Shown one piece after another: positions 53,571 through 64,000 of a DNA stretch of 64,000 bases; position 1 is the first letter of the stretch, and every line of letters starts with the position of its first letter. The notes beneath the pieces were generated by a model. It searched no databases. It saw nothing but the letters and a program-made list of their open reading frames with translations, and was not told where the DNA came from. Position numbers and translations under genes: made by a program. This DNA is from the human T2T-CHM13v2.0 reference genome, Homo sapiens, in NCBI RefSeq assembly GCF_009914755.1, contig NC_060939.1. The stretch is one strand, 5' to 3'.

Positions 53571-54424
53571 ATATTATAGGACTCTGCTTCTTCTGCCAGG
53601 CACAGCCAATTGGGCCACCATTGTGTATCTGAACACAATTTCATTCATACATTGGACAGCAACTTACGCTACTTAAGTTCCATGGGGTACAGATTAGCCT
53701 CATCCTGCAGGGTAACCCTGGAGGGTAAGTTATACCTCAGAGTGTGTGGCCCATCAGAAAACGCTTTCTGGTCCAATCACCTCATCCTGGAAATCTGAAG
53801 TCAGACATGCAGAAAGAAGGAGGTGGGTAGAAAGGGGAACTGAAGGTGAAACTAAAGATAGTAAAAGGCTTGGGTTATAGAAGAGGCCAAGAGGGCTTCA
53901 GCAATAAGAGTTACAAGGAGGCAGAAGCATGAGTCAGCAGAAAGCAAGATAGACAAAAGCACACAGAGGAGAAGGGGAAAGAGTAAACCCCTCCAGGTGG
54001 AGTTAGAGCAGATTAGAGCAGACACAGGAAGCCATAGCAGTGGCTTCACTAGGGTGAAGATCTATGAGTCCTGCTTGTTCTGAAGTTTCAGTTCCTCAAG
54101 ATCTGTTATTTCTTATTTTTCCTGCTCTTCCTGGGACCAGGCCTTTCTTAGGTTCCCAAGCACATATATTTTTAAAATAAGCCATCTGTTGTTTGAGATC
54201 CTTCTAGTGGATCTCGTTTCCTTGCAATCAAAAGAACCAAATTACAAAACAAACAAACAACAAAATAAAAGCACACAATCTGATGCTTCAGCCTGCCTTT
54301 GCAAGCTCCTCTCTCAGGTTTGTACTTCCTACCAGACATAAGGCAGTGTAGCCACACCAACCAGTCTCCCATCCCTAAACATACCTTCAGTAGTCATGCT
54401 TCAGGATGTGTTCTCACGCTATTA

Positions 54425-54984
54425 TATAACTGATGCCTGCAATTCCCTTCCCACCCATCTCAAATTCCCCTTACAGATCGCAGATGGAGTGGGCACTGCT
54501 GGTGCTTCTTCCAGATTCTCTCAGAGCTCTATAATTATTTCTGTACACCTGGTGTCTGGCTTCTGGGTGCTTTTGCTTCCAATGGACCACATGGCAACTC
54601 TCTTCAGAAGCCCACCTTCTGGCAACCGGAACCAGTTTGTATATCATTTCAAAGATCAGAAGTGTCTGGGTCAACATAGCTTCCCAACCCTGCCCACTAA
54701 GACCCTCAGTCAAAGGCCGATGAGTGTAAGACAATAAGAAGCCAGTTGCTTTGCTTGGAAGCCAGGGGCAGACTGTGAGGTATAACTTACCCTCCAGGGC
54801 TCCCCTGCAGGATCAGGCTAACCTGTCTTCCATGGGACTTGAGTAATCTCATCCTTACTGGAGTCTTCTCCTTATCCTCCCTTGCTCCCTACACCCCCTT
54901 TCTGGTTTCTCTCAGGAGCACTTCCTTAATAATCCATTTGCCCACTGTCCTCAGGGTCTGCTTCTAGGGATGCCAAGCTAAACA
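54425..54984 (+). mobile_element. ERVL solo LTR (LTR16-like)
   Basis: ctgtgaggtataacttaccctccagggctcccctgcaggatcaggct...gagcacttccttaataa...ctcagggtctgcttctaggga...ctaaaca. Confidence 0.75.
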
Positions 54985-55679
54985 GCAAGGTGTTTACGCA
55001 GGGTAAACACCTCCTCTCAGATTTCCCTTGGCAGTTCCCTCTTGCCACTAGAACTCTGTACAACATTAATATAACTGATAGCACACTTCCTGGTTTTCAT
55101 GTCTGTCTAGATTATCAGTTCCTCAAAGGGGAGGGTTTTGTCTTGTTAATGTTTATTTCCCCAGTGCTTAGCATAATTCTTGAAAAATATACTTTTAAAA
55201 ACATACTTGTTGTATATCTATCTACAATTACCCTAGAGCTAGAGAAATGAAAAAATTATATAAAGTCCCTGATTTCTTAGAGCCTCTGGGCTTCAGTTTC
55301 CTCATATTTGAAAAGAAGGTAATTATTTCTAAGGTTTCCCAAATCTATGATCTTATATTTGAGCAGGATAATGACAATTTCTCATAATCAGCCCTGCCAG
55401 TTAATGTCTCATATCAGGAAAAACTTGAAAACCTGAATGATTATCTTTCACCTTTGAATCAAGAGATCTGATTGTCCAGGGACAACTTACAAATCCTCAA
55501 TTTTATAAATGTCTATAAATGAGTCAGACAGCAGCAAAAATATTTTTAAAACTTCTGCATCACATATTCATTTATTACTCTATCATCAAACAAATGTTTA
55601 TTGAATGAGTATTATGCCCAGGGCACTGTAAGCACTGGATGAAAAATCAGGCTTGGGTATACCATAATTAAAATATGCA

Positions 55680-55880
55680 TAATCATTTACAGTCAATAAT
55701 GCTTACATGTGCATTTACTCAATGCGTAACAAACTGTGAGGTGATTAATATGATCTCCATTTTGCCCAAGTCTCACCAGGAGGTGAAGTGGCTTATCCAA
55801 GGTCACACAACCAATAAATGGAGACCTTAAGCCCACCAGGTCTTTTGGCTTCAAACCTTATCCCACTTCCACTCCACCAT
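55680..55880 (-). mobile_element. MIR SINE
   Basis: ctgtgaggtg...ctccattttgc...gaggtgaagtggcttatccaaggtcacacaacc. Confidence 0.75.
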
Positions 55881-57799
55881 GTTACTTTCCTTTGCAGAAT
55901 ATCCACAGGAATCAGCCCTTTACTATATTTTCTCATTTGCTTTAGCTCTAAAACATCTTGAGATGTTTTTGAACATCATCATTGATGGTCAGACTGTTTT
56001 AAATGTTGAAAATATCTGTTTAATAAGGTAAATGCTGCTTGTACTCATTTAGCCTCTACTAAGTCTTCACAAATGATGTGATTTCATTCCCAAGGAAAAA
56101 TGACACTTTCTTTGTTGGGCACACATACCAATCCAATACAAATGTAGACACTTGATAGTAGATCATACCTGTAAATAAAGTTATATATTTATAGATGTAT
56201 TCAGTTGTAATAATAAGTCATACATAAAGATGCATTTAGTTATAGAAATCTAAACATATGTTTATATAAAATGCCAACATATTTCTAGATAATGGTATCT
56301 GGCGAGAGTACAAAAAGCTTTAAAACACTTGTTATGTATTCCTAGGAAACCAGGATCATGCTCAGAGCATTCAAAGAGTAAGGTGGGGGAAAATGGCATA
56401 AAACCCAAATATAAAAAACACCAACACAATAAAAATACTACTGAAATAGCTAGAATCAAGCAACATACAGTGAGAATTAGGTCTGTCAGCCACAATAAAG
56501 TGAATCCAAGTTTTCATTTATGTCAGAATAAAAAGAAACACATAAACCTGGTTGGGAGACTAGGTGCTGGATGTGCTGGAGAATAAATGCAGAAGAGGGC
56601 CAGCTTTATAAGGGAGGAGGCCAAGTTTTGGCCTAAAGGAATAAGGACTAAGGCTTTTGCAATTAGAATGTCATCAAATTCAAATGTTAAGCTTGCAAAG
56701 ATGTCCCAATAGCAATCAAGTTGCTTGTTTGGTGACAAAGAAAGATCCAGTTTCAGCAGTAGTATAGTTTAAGGCTTTCTAGAGTGAAGCACTTAACCAC
56801 AGAATGAATGTCCTGTGTGCATGAGCAGGGCCTATGAAGATAAGCAGGGCCTAAGATGATGAAGATCTAATCTTTCATTGGAAGACACTTGGGTGATGCT
56901 ATAGGATAATGAAGATTTCATCTTCCGTTGGAGGATACCTCAGATGTCCAGATCTTTAGGTCTTTTCTTTTAGGTAAGTTTCCCTTGAGAGGAATCTTCC
57001 AATCTCCTACCTGGGGTACTGGGTAGAAACCTGGGTTCCAGAAATCTAGGAACCAATTAGAAAAAAAAAAATGATGGAATCCTACTGTTCAGCGTGCAAA
57101 CTTTAATTCAAGCCCTTATTTCTATCATTGTGTCTCCCCAGGCTTTGGCTGTATCTAGCATATCTCAATCCAGAAACTTTCTGGTCCACATTCTGCACAG
57201 TACACTTAACTCAGGTGGCCTGCTGAGGTCCTCAAAGGGGTCCTGTAGCTGAACTGGAAAATGGAAAAGGCCGAAGCCATTCTTCTTTCTGAGGTTTTGC
57301 AATGAAAACTGTCCTGTATTTTGTTGACCTCCCACTGCCATTGCTTCACCACCATCTACACCCACACCTCCCCACCCCCAGACACTGGGCTTCATGTTTC
57401 TCTGGTATGCCTGCTCATTTACTCATGGTCCATCCAGTTTCCATCATCCATATTTTAGTTGAGATCCTCACTCCTCTTTTTTTTGTCCTTGTAGATTTAT
57501 AATTCTCTACTCTTCTGCTTTATTTTGTTTCTAGAGAACATGGACTTCAATTCACCATCTTAATTCAGAAGTATAATGATTTAAGAAGGCTCAGCTGCAG
57601 ATATGTAAAGAGAGATTTGCAAAAGCATAATCAAGTCAAGTCATGGCAAGGTCATAAGAAGCAGTCACAAAAGCAGCAGTAATTTGAGTGCGAATGGCAG
57701 TTTTCATCATGACTATGCCCGTTCACAGGGACTCTTTGAAACAGAAGTTTGGTTGGAAGCATTTCCCATTCTGCTTGTGGCAGGGCATGAAAGGGGCAC

Positions 57800-57990
57800 A
57801 GAGGCTATGGATGCATTGTTCCCCAGGCCCAGGCTCCTTCCTGGCTGTGTGATGATGGGCAAGTTGCTGGCCTCTCCAGTTGTGTCTTTGGAAAATAGAT
57901 GTAATTGCACCTACCTCATTGGGTTATGCAGAAGATGAATGAGATCATGCATGAGAGTCCCTAGCACAGTGCCTGGCACACAGTCCCTCC
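57800..57990 (+). mobile_element. MIR SINE
   Basis: ggctgtgtgatgatgggcaagttgc...acctacctcattgggtt...ctagcacagtgcctggcacacag. Confidence 0.85.
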
Positions 57991-58529
57991 CATCAACAGT
58001 AGTTGAAGCTCATTCCCTCACAGCCGTTAGAATCAATTGTGGGCCTAGAGGGCTTTCATTTTGTCTCTGCTTACAGTTCTTTGCCCCGCTGGAAAAGGAG
58101 TTAGAAAGAAAGAAAAATAAAACAATAAATCACATAGGCTGTAACCTTCAGAGTCTGAAGAATGCTGCCCCAGGCAACTCCCGCACCACCCGGGAAAGTG
58201 TGCTAGACCTCCCTGTTCAACCCCATTGCCCACAGAAGGCTGTGCGAGAGTGAAGGGTGGGAACTGAGAAACGATGTTTTCTAAGCTTTCAAGCATGATC
58301 CTACCCCTTAGGATATGGGTCAAATGACCTCTTGGGACGGGAGAAAGGGAAGGGAAAGGCATTCCATATTCATGTGACTCTTGACCTACTTAAAGGTCAC
58401 TCCCTGAGTTACATCAGCCGCTTCTTGGGAACACTTAGCACCTGACTATAGAGGGAGCGGCTGGCCTCTTCTTTCTGATTTAATTAGTTCCCCATGGGGT
58501 GGTTGGCTGAGAGCCCAAATTCCACACAA

Positions 58530-58705
58530 TCTCATAACTGGAAGGAACATTCAAGATCACCCATTCAGTGCTTAACTCTCCTCTACAACATTCTCAACAA
58601 GTAGCTTTTTGCCTTATTTGAGCCCCCCGGTGAGAAGAAATTTTGGAAAAGTCTATGCTGTCTGTGGACAGCTCTAAAAGCCACAAAGTTCTTATTTAAA
58701 TCAGT
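58530..58705 (-). mobile_element. L3/CR1-like 3' relic
   Basis: ctggaaggaacattcaagatca...ctcctctacaacattctcaacaagtag...tggacagctcta...aaagttctt. Confidence 0.55.
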
Positions 58706-58897
58706 TCATTCTTTCACTGACTTTTAAATGAAAAGTTAGGAGCAGCAAAGAATATTAGAATCCATCTCAGCCATCAGGGACCTGACAGTAAGGGAAGGAA
58801 ATGGACATTAAACACATTAAGAAGTCTAGAAGTATGAAGAATATGATAGTGTTACAGAAAGGAAAATGCAGAGTGTTAGGGGAACATTAGTCTAAAG

Positions 58898-59134
58898 TAA
58901 TGGTTCTCAACTGGTGGGAAAGGGGGTGAGGAGGGAGACAAATTTAGCCACCAAAGGGCACTTAGCAGTATCTGGAGACATTTTTTATTGTCACAACTGA
59001 AGAGATGCTCGTGGCATCTAGTGGGTAAAGGACAGAGATGCTGCTAAACATCCTACAATACACAGGACAGCCCCCTCTACCAGAAAGAATTATCTGGCCC
59101 CAAAGGTCAGTAGTACCACTGTAGAAAAACCCTA
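58898..59134 (+). mobile_element. MER20
   Basis: tggttctcaactgg...tctggagacattttt.attgtcacaactg...tggcatctagtgggta...gatgctgctaaacatcctacaatacacaggacagcccc. Confidence 0.92.
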
Positions 59135-61149
59135 GTTTACAAGTTTCAAGGACGGCCTGAAGTTTCAACTGTTGCCCAAAGGATGAGTCAAGATTATCCA
59201 GGTAGCAGGAAGGGAAGGAAAAAGAGTCTTAGCAAAGGGAACTACATGCATCTAGAACCGGAGGCCATTCAGCAGGCCTCCAAAGAAGAAAGGCAATTTT
59301 GGAATTGGATGTATGATTTGGCCCAGTTCTACCAACCAGGATCTTGTAGGGCAAGTTCAGTCCTCCTTCCTCCAGGGAATCCTTCAAGTGTCTGAGGACA
59401 GATGTGCCAGCCTTGATGAAATTCTTTTCCTGAAACTCTTCAGCATTGCTCTAACAAACAGGTTTGTGACTCTTCCAATCCCAGTCACACCTTGTTTACC
59501 TAAACCCCTCACTCAGGGCCATGCTGCTAGCCAAGACATTCCCCCAGATGTGAGATGATGGGCAGGGAGACAGGTGGGCCCATTACCACTTCCAGAGCTG
59601 CAGGCAAGATTCTGAGGCTGTTTCCCTAGGGGCAGTTTTCTAGGTCGAATGAATCAGCCCTGGAGACAGCCCTGTAGTCACATCAAGTTTGTCCCGCTTG
59701 TATAGAAAATGACCCCTGGCTATAATTAACCTGAAGTGTTTCTTAAAGCCCTGCCCTGAAAAACTTGAATAGAAAAGTTGTGCAGGAAGGGTGAGCCAGC
59801 CAGATGCAGATCCTCAAGCCTGTGTCCAGGGGCAGGAAGGAGGGACAAAGGAGAAAGGGGGAACTTTCTCCTAATACCATTCCTGACCTTCAGCCTTTCC
59901 AACCAAGGGTGCACACTTACATAGAGCCACCACCTTCAGGCTGCCTCTCTGCAAAAATGCTTTTCCAACCACTTTCCTGGCCAGGGTCAGCCTCTGCAGA
60001 CTCAGGGCAGAACACAGCAGTCAGGTTGGGCTGCAGAGAGGGAAAGGGAGCAAAGTAGAGGAGTAGATGGATCAGGAATGAGTTTCTTCTCCTTATGTGG
60101 GGAAGGCTGGGCCAGCATCAACCCCAGGGTACAGGGAGAGTAATATGTAGCGATGGCTGGGAAAGGTTCTCAGGACCTAGCAGTCATAGGATGGCTGGGT
60201 GAGACAATCTTTGTTCATGCAGATAGGTCTAACATTTAATTACATCTCTGATCTACTACAAACAGCCAATTTACCAACGGCCAATGTGGACTTAGCCTCG
60301 AGACAAGCCATTATTCCCTCTTCTATTATGAGTTAAATGTGTTTATTTTTAAGTGTCAAAGGATAGAATGTATTGGTGGAGATATGTATTGTAGTTTGAA
60401 CTGATACATTCAATAATTACTGTTTTTAATCAGAAGAGAGTCTTTTGAGGAGGTCACTCAGAAATAGTTCAGTAAGTCAATATAAATTTAACTCAACCCA
60501 CAAGTACCAGTCACTTCCCCTGCATAAGACTCTGTATTAGCTACTGGGAGGGACAAAAAGATGAAAAAGAAATTAATCCCAAAAGCTGACATCTATTCTC
60601 ATGTATGATGGTTAAGTAAAAATACATAGAGGTACGAAGTGCCTGAGAACGCAGAGGAAGGAGAGGAATTCTGAGAAAGAAAATCAAGAAAGATGCCATG
60701 AAAAAGGTAGCGTGTGAGCTGGGCCTTGGAGGATGAGTACGGATTTTGATGGAGGAAGGGAATTTTAAGCATGTATGAGGAAGGGAGGAAGCAAGGAAAG
60801 GAAGGAAAGTAGAAGAGAAAGATCCAGTGTGGATGAAGGAGGCAGGTTTTCTTGTTCCAGCCATTAGGTTGACAGGGCGTAAGCCAGGAGAATTTTGTCA
60901 AGGCAAGAGCCACATGGCTCCAGAGGCACTGGCATGTCTTCTTGGGGCAGAAACTGTGCTCTACCTCTCTATGGGTTCTGAGGTGCTCCTGGTACAGACA
61001 TTTATTTCCCCACAAATATCCAGGCTGACTGGGTTCACATGTCAGGTGCCCTGGTTCCGCTTCAGCTTTCCTTGTGCAATTCCAGGTCAGATGAAAGCCT
61101 AGTTCTGCACTCTTTACCTTGACTGGCCATCCCATTTACCTAAATAATT

Positions 61150-61280
61150 TTAAAGAATGGATATGCTGAGGCACATCTGAGACTTACTAAAACCCCAGGC
61201 TGTGGCCCGGGTAACTGCACTTTTGAATGAACTTTCCAAGTGTTTCTGATACCTGTCAATGATTCAGAACAACTGCCCTG
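61150..61280. mobile_element. MER5A-like
   Basis: gtggcccgggtaactgcacttttgaatgaactttccaagtgtttctgat...agaacaactg. Confidence 0.6.
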
Positions 61281-61419
61281 GTTGGAAGGCCATAGAAGAC
61301 ACCTGTTCAGTCTCTCCCCTCAGGGCCCAGTCATAGTTGGTATTTAGCAAATGGTGTCAAAAGAGCACCTTTGGGCCTAACTCAACATGAGGAACAAACA
61401 AGGAGGCAGGTCACCTGTA

Positions 61420-61625
61420 TTCTAGTTCTGATCCTCACTTTTCTGTATGAGCTTGAATAAACATCTAAACTCTCTGTGCCTCAGTTTCCTCATCCAATAG
61501 ATGAGGCTTCTAGCGGGTAAAGTGGGTAAAGGACAGAGATGCAGTTGTTTGTCACACCTAGTGTGAAAATGGAATGGGATAATATTTGAAATAAGTGTAC
61601 TGAAATGCAGAAGCATTCTATGCAT
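61420..61625 (+). mobile_element. MIR SINE
   Basis: ctctctgtgcctcagtttcctcatc...gtgtgaaaatggaatgggataat. Confidence 0.8.
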
Positions 61626-63039
61626 ATTTTGTTACAAGACGTTATCATTGACTCACCTGATTCTAACCCCTTATGGGCAAGGAGTGCTAGTGCATCCCTT
61701 TAGAAGGAAACATCTGATCGAGTTCTGCACACAAGAGTCTGTGGTGGGACTCTAGCAAATGAAAATCCACTGAGCTAAGGCTATCCTCTGCCAGCGCACT
61801 AAAATATCTCCTTTGTCCTTGGGTAATAACTGCAGTTACTATTTAATTAAGAAAGACTTCCAAGGAAGAACAATCAATTTGCAAATTACGTTGGGTAAAA
61901 AGCAGCCAAAGAATTGCTCAGCCATCATGGTAGCCGATGCATACTAAGTGAGGGGAGAGTTCTATCATGCAAGGCCTGCCTGTCTCCTCTCTGGCTTTGT
62001 GGATTTACAGTCTCCAGAGTTCATCCAAATTGTCAGATCAAGAAATTTTGTTGCATCAGTGTATTTCTTAGGTCAGGGGCCAAATCCACTTGGTAGAACA
62101 CTGTCGCTTTATCAGTGGGAGAAATGATCAATCTGAAAGAGAATATATAATTCATGACCAAATAGAGAAAAGCATTAAGTCAGGAAGCCGACACCAGCCC
62201 AATTTATGACATTGCTCTACTAAGTGTATTCCCCACTGTGTCATCCAACGGCCCATCTTGATCTAAAAATGCCTGTTTTGGACAGTGAGGTTCTCTTCAG
62301 CGCTGGCAGAGGAAGGCAAAAAGCAAATTGCTTCAATCAGCAGCCATTTCTGTTGATGGAAAACCTTGTGGCCCTATGCCAGCAACATGTAAAAGTAAAT
62401 AAAAATTGAAGTGCAGGTCTGAAACAGCGACACAGTATGGCTACATTAAAATATTTATGCCTTCAGACTTTTAGACATCCATTATCTACAGTATGTTAAT
62501 AAGAATGCTGAACTGACCTTGGCTGGGACACAAAACTTCCAGTGCCCTGCAAAACAACTCTGTCCTCCCACGCGCCTTCATTGCATATAGAGAAGTATGC
62601 AATGGAGAATGTGAACCCAGACATTCTGACTTGGGTTAACACTCTTGGCCTACATTGGTGGGGGAAACTCGTGACTGGAAGCAAAAGAACTGTATGTGAG
62701 TTCTGCTTCTGCCAATAATTAGCTGGTGACATTGGGAAATGGCTTCACCTTTCCTCATGTGCTCTATGAGAGGATTGCCAAAGATCAGCAAATTCCAAAC
62801 CTGGCAAATTGCATTCAGATTTTAAATGAAATATTTGAGCATGCAGATTGCCAGGCCCCCTCCCCAACTTCATGGGAATCAGAAGTGGGTGGGTTTCCCC
62901 GCCTTTACCACTATGTTCCTGATGGTCCAAGAGCAAAGGGAATCCTGGAATCCACATCCTCTGCCCTGCTTCCCCACACTAATCATGTATGACTGAGTCC
63001 TACCCAGTGATATTTCTAGGACATACACCTACTCACGGT

Positions 63040-63915
63040 TCTTCACTAAGAAAAACTTAAAATATTTCTCCTCGCCTGTGGAATCAATGGCTCTGGATTT
63101 GGTTCAGACTCAGGATGACATCCAATGCCTTCTTCAAATTTGGCTGCAACCTACTCTCCTAGCTCCTTTCTTTCCAACAAACTCTATGCTTCTGTAACTT
63201 GGGATTACTTACCATTCCCTAAGCAAGTCACTGTATTTCACACTTTCATACATTTATGTATGCATTTCCTCGAATGCTCCTCCCATTCCCTCAAAATTCT
63301 TAGTCTTTCCTTCGAGACTTGGTTTTAACATCTGCTTCCATGATTGCCTCAAAGTAAACCAAATCTCTTCTCTATTGTATTGTTGTCATTTGTTTGTATG
63401 ACTGTCTCTCACACCAGACTTTGTACTCTCTTCCTCCTCTTTCTGATGGTATGTACATAGGAGCATGTGGGTGGCATGGGTTTCTCAAATGTAGGCCGGG
63501 GGCTCACAAAGTCACAGGATATGCATGACATATTTAACTGCAGCAATAGTTTTCTCCTAAGATTGGTGAATATTTTAAATATTTAAACAAACACGAATAT
63601 ATTATAAAGCCAACTGCAAAATGCACACGAAATTTTAACTAAAACAAAAGCCCTTGAACAAATATCAAGGGAGGTTATGGCAAGACAATTCAAATTATAT
63701 GGCGCCGTCACCACCACCAGCAGCATCCCAAGCAAAACCTCTGTTTCCCATTCTCCTTCAATCTCTTTGATGGGCAGGGCACTTCACAGAAACATGGAAA
63801 CAGCATTGCTGAGCCAAGACTTATTCATCACTGATGTTTCCCATTCCTCATCATCAGCACTATGCCTGGCACATTGTAAATGCTCAATAAATTTGTACTT
63901 ATTGATTAATTGGGT
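63040..63915 (+). mobile_element. L2 fragments including 3' terminus
   Basis: tactctcctagctcc...ccattccctaagcaagtca; cagcactatgcctggcacattgtaaatgctcaataaatt. Confidence 0.65.
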
Positions 63916-64000
63916 GAGACAAATAGATGAACAACTTATGAGCATCACTGTTCATTTGGGGGAAAAAAAGCATTCCTTTATGTCAAATTTCACCATAGTG

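Noticed and set aside
56823-56866. Short tandem duplication agcagggccta..aagat
   Set aside because: Ordinary two-copy micro-duplication with no supporting context.
60599-61135. 178-aa minus-strand ORF
   Set aside because: Partly overlaps degraded L2 or purine-rich sequence; no homology or exon structure recognised.

Overview
Primate (most likely human) non-coding genomic DNA, intronic or intergenic. It is AT-rich and strongly CpG-depleted, with no CpG island. No protein-coding exon, tRNA/rRNA, processed pseudogene or CRISPR-like array can be supported, and the host locus cannot be identified. The ORF track is explained by decayed L1 ORF2, Alu frames, low-complexity sequence and chance ORFs. 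The window is a layered transposon fossil record: many MIR, L2, L3 and MER5 relics, two MER20, one MADE1, several solo LTRs (MLT1, MER57A1, LTR37-like, LTR16-like), several truncated L1s (one 5'-inverted) and five Alus. Repeat-free islands carry dense transcription-factor motif clusters and a few exon-shaped segments. I found no convincing novel multi-gene system. The best leads are structural oddities (twin-primed old L1, a solo LTR splitting an L3, a local dispersed duplication, a MADE1 hairpin) and candidate cis-regulatory elements or cryptic exons. Repeat names come from remembered consensus sequences, not a database search. Boundaries of old repeats are approximate (tens of bp).
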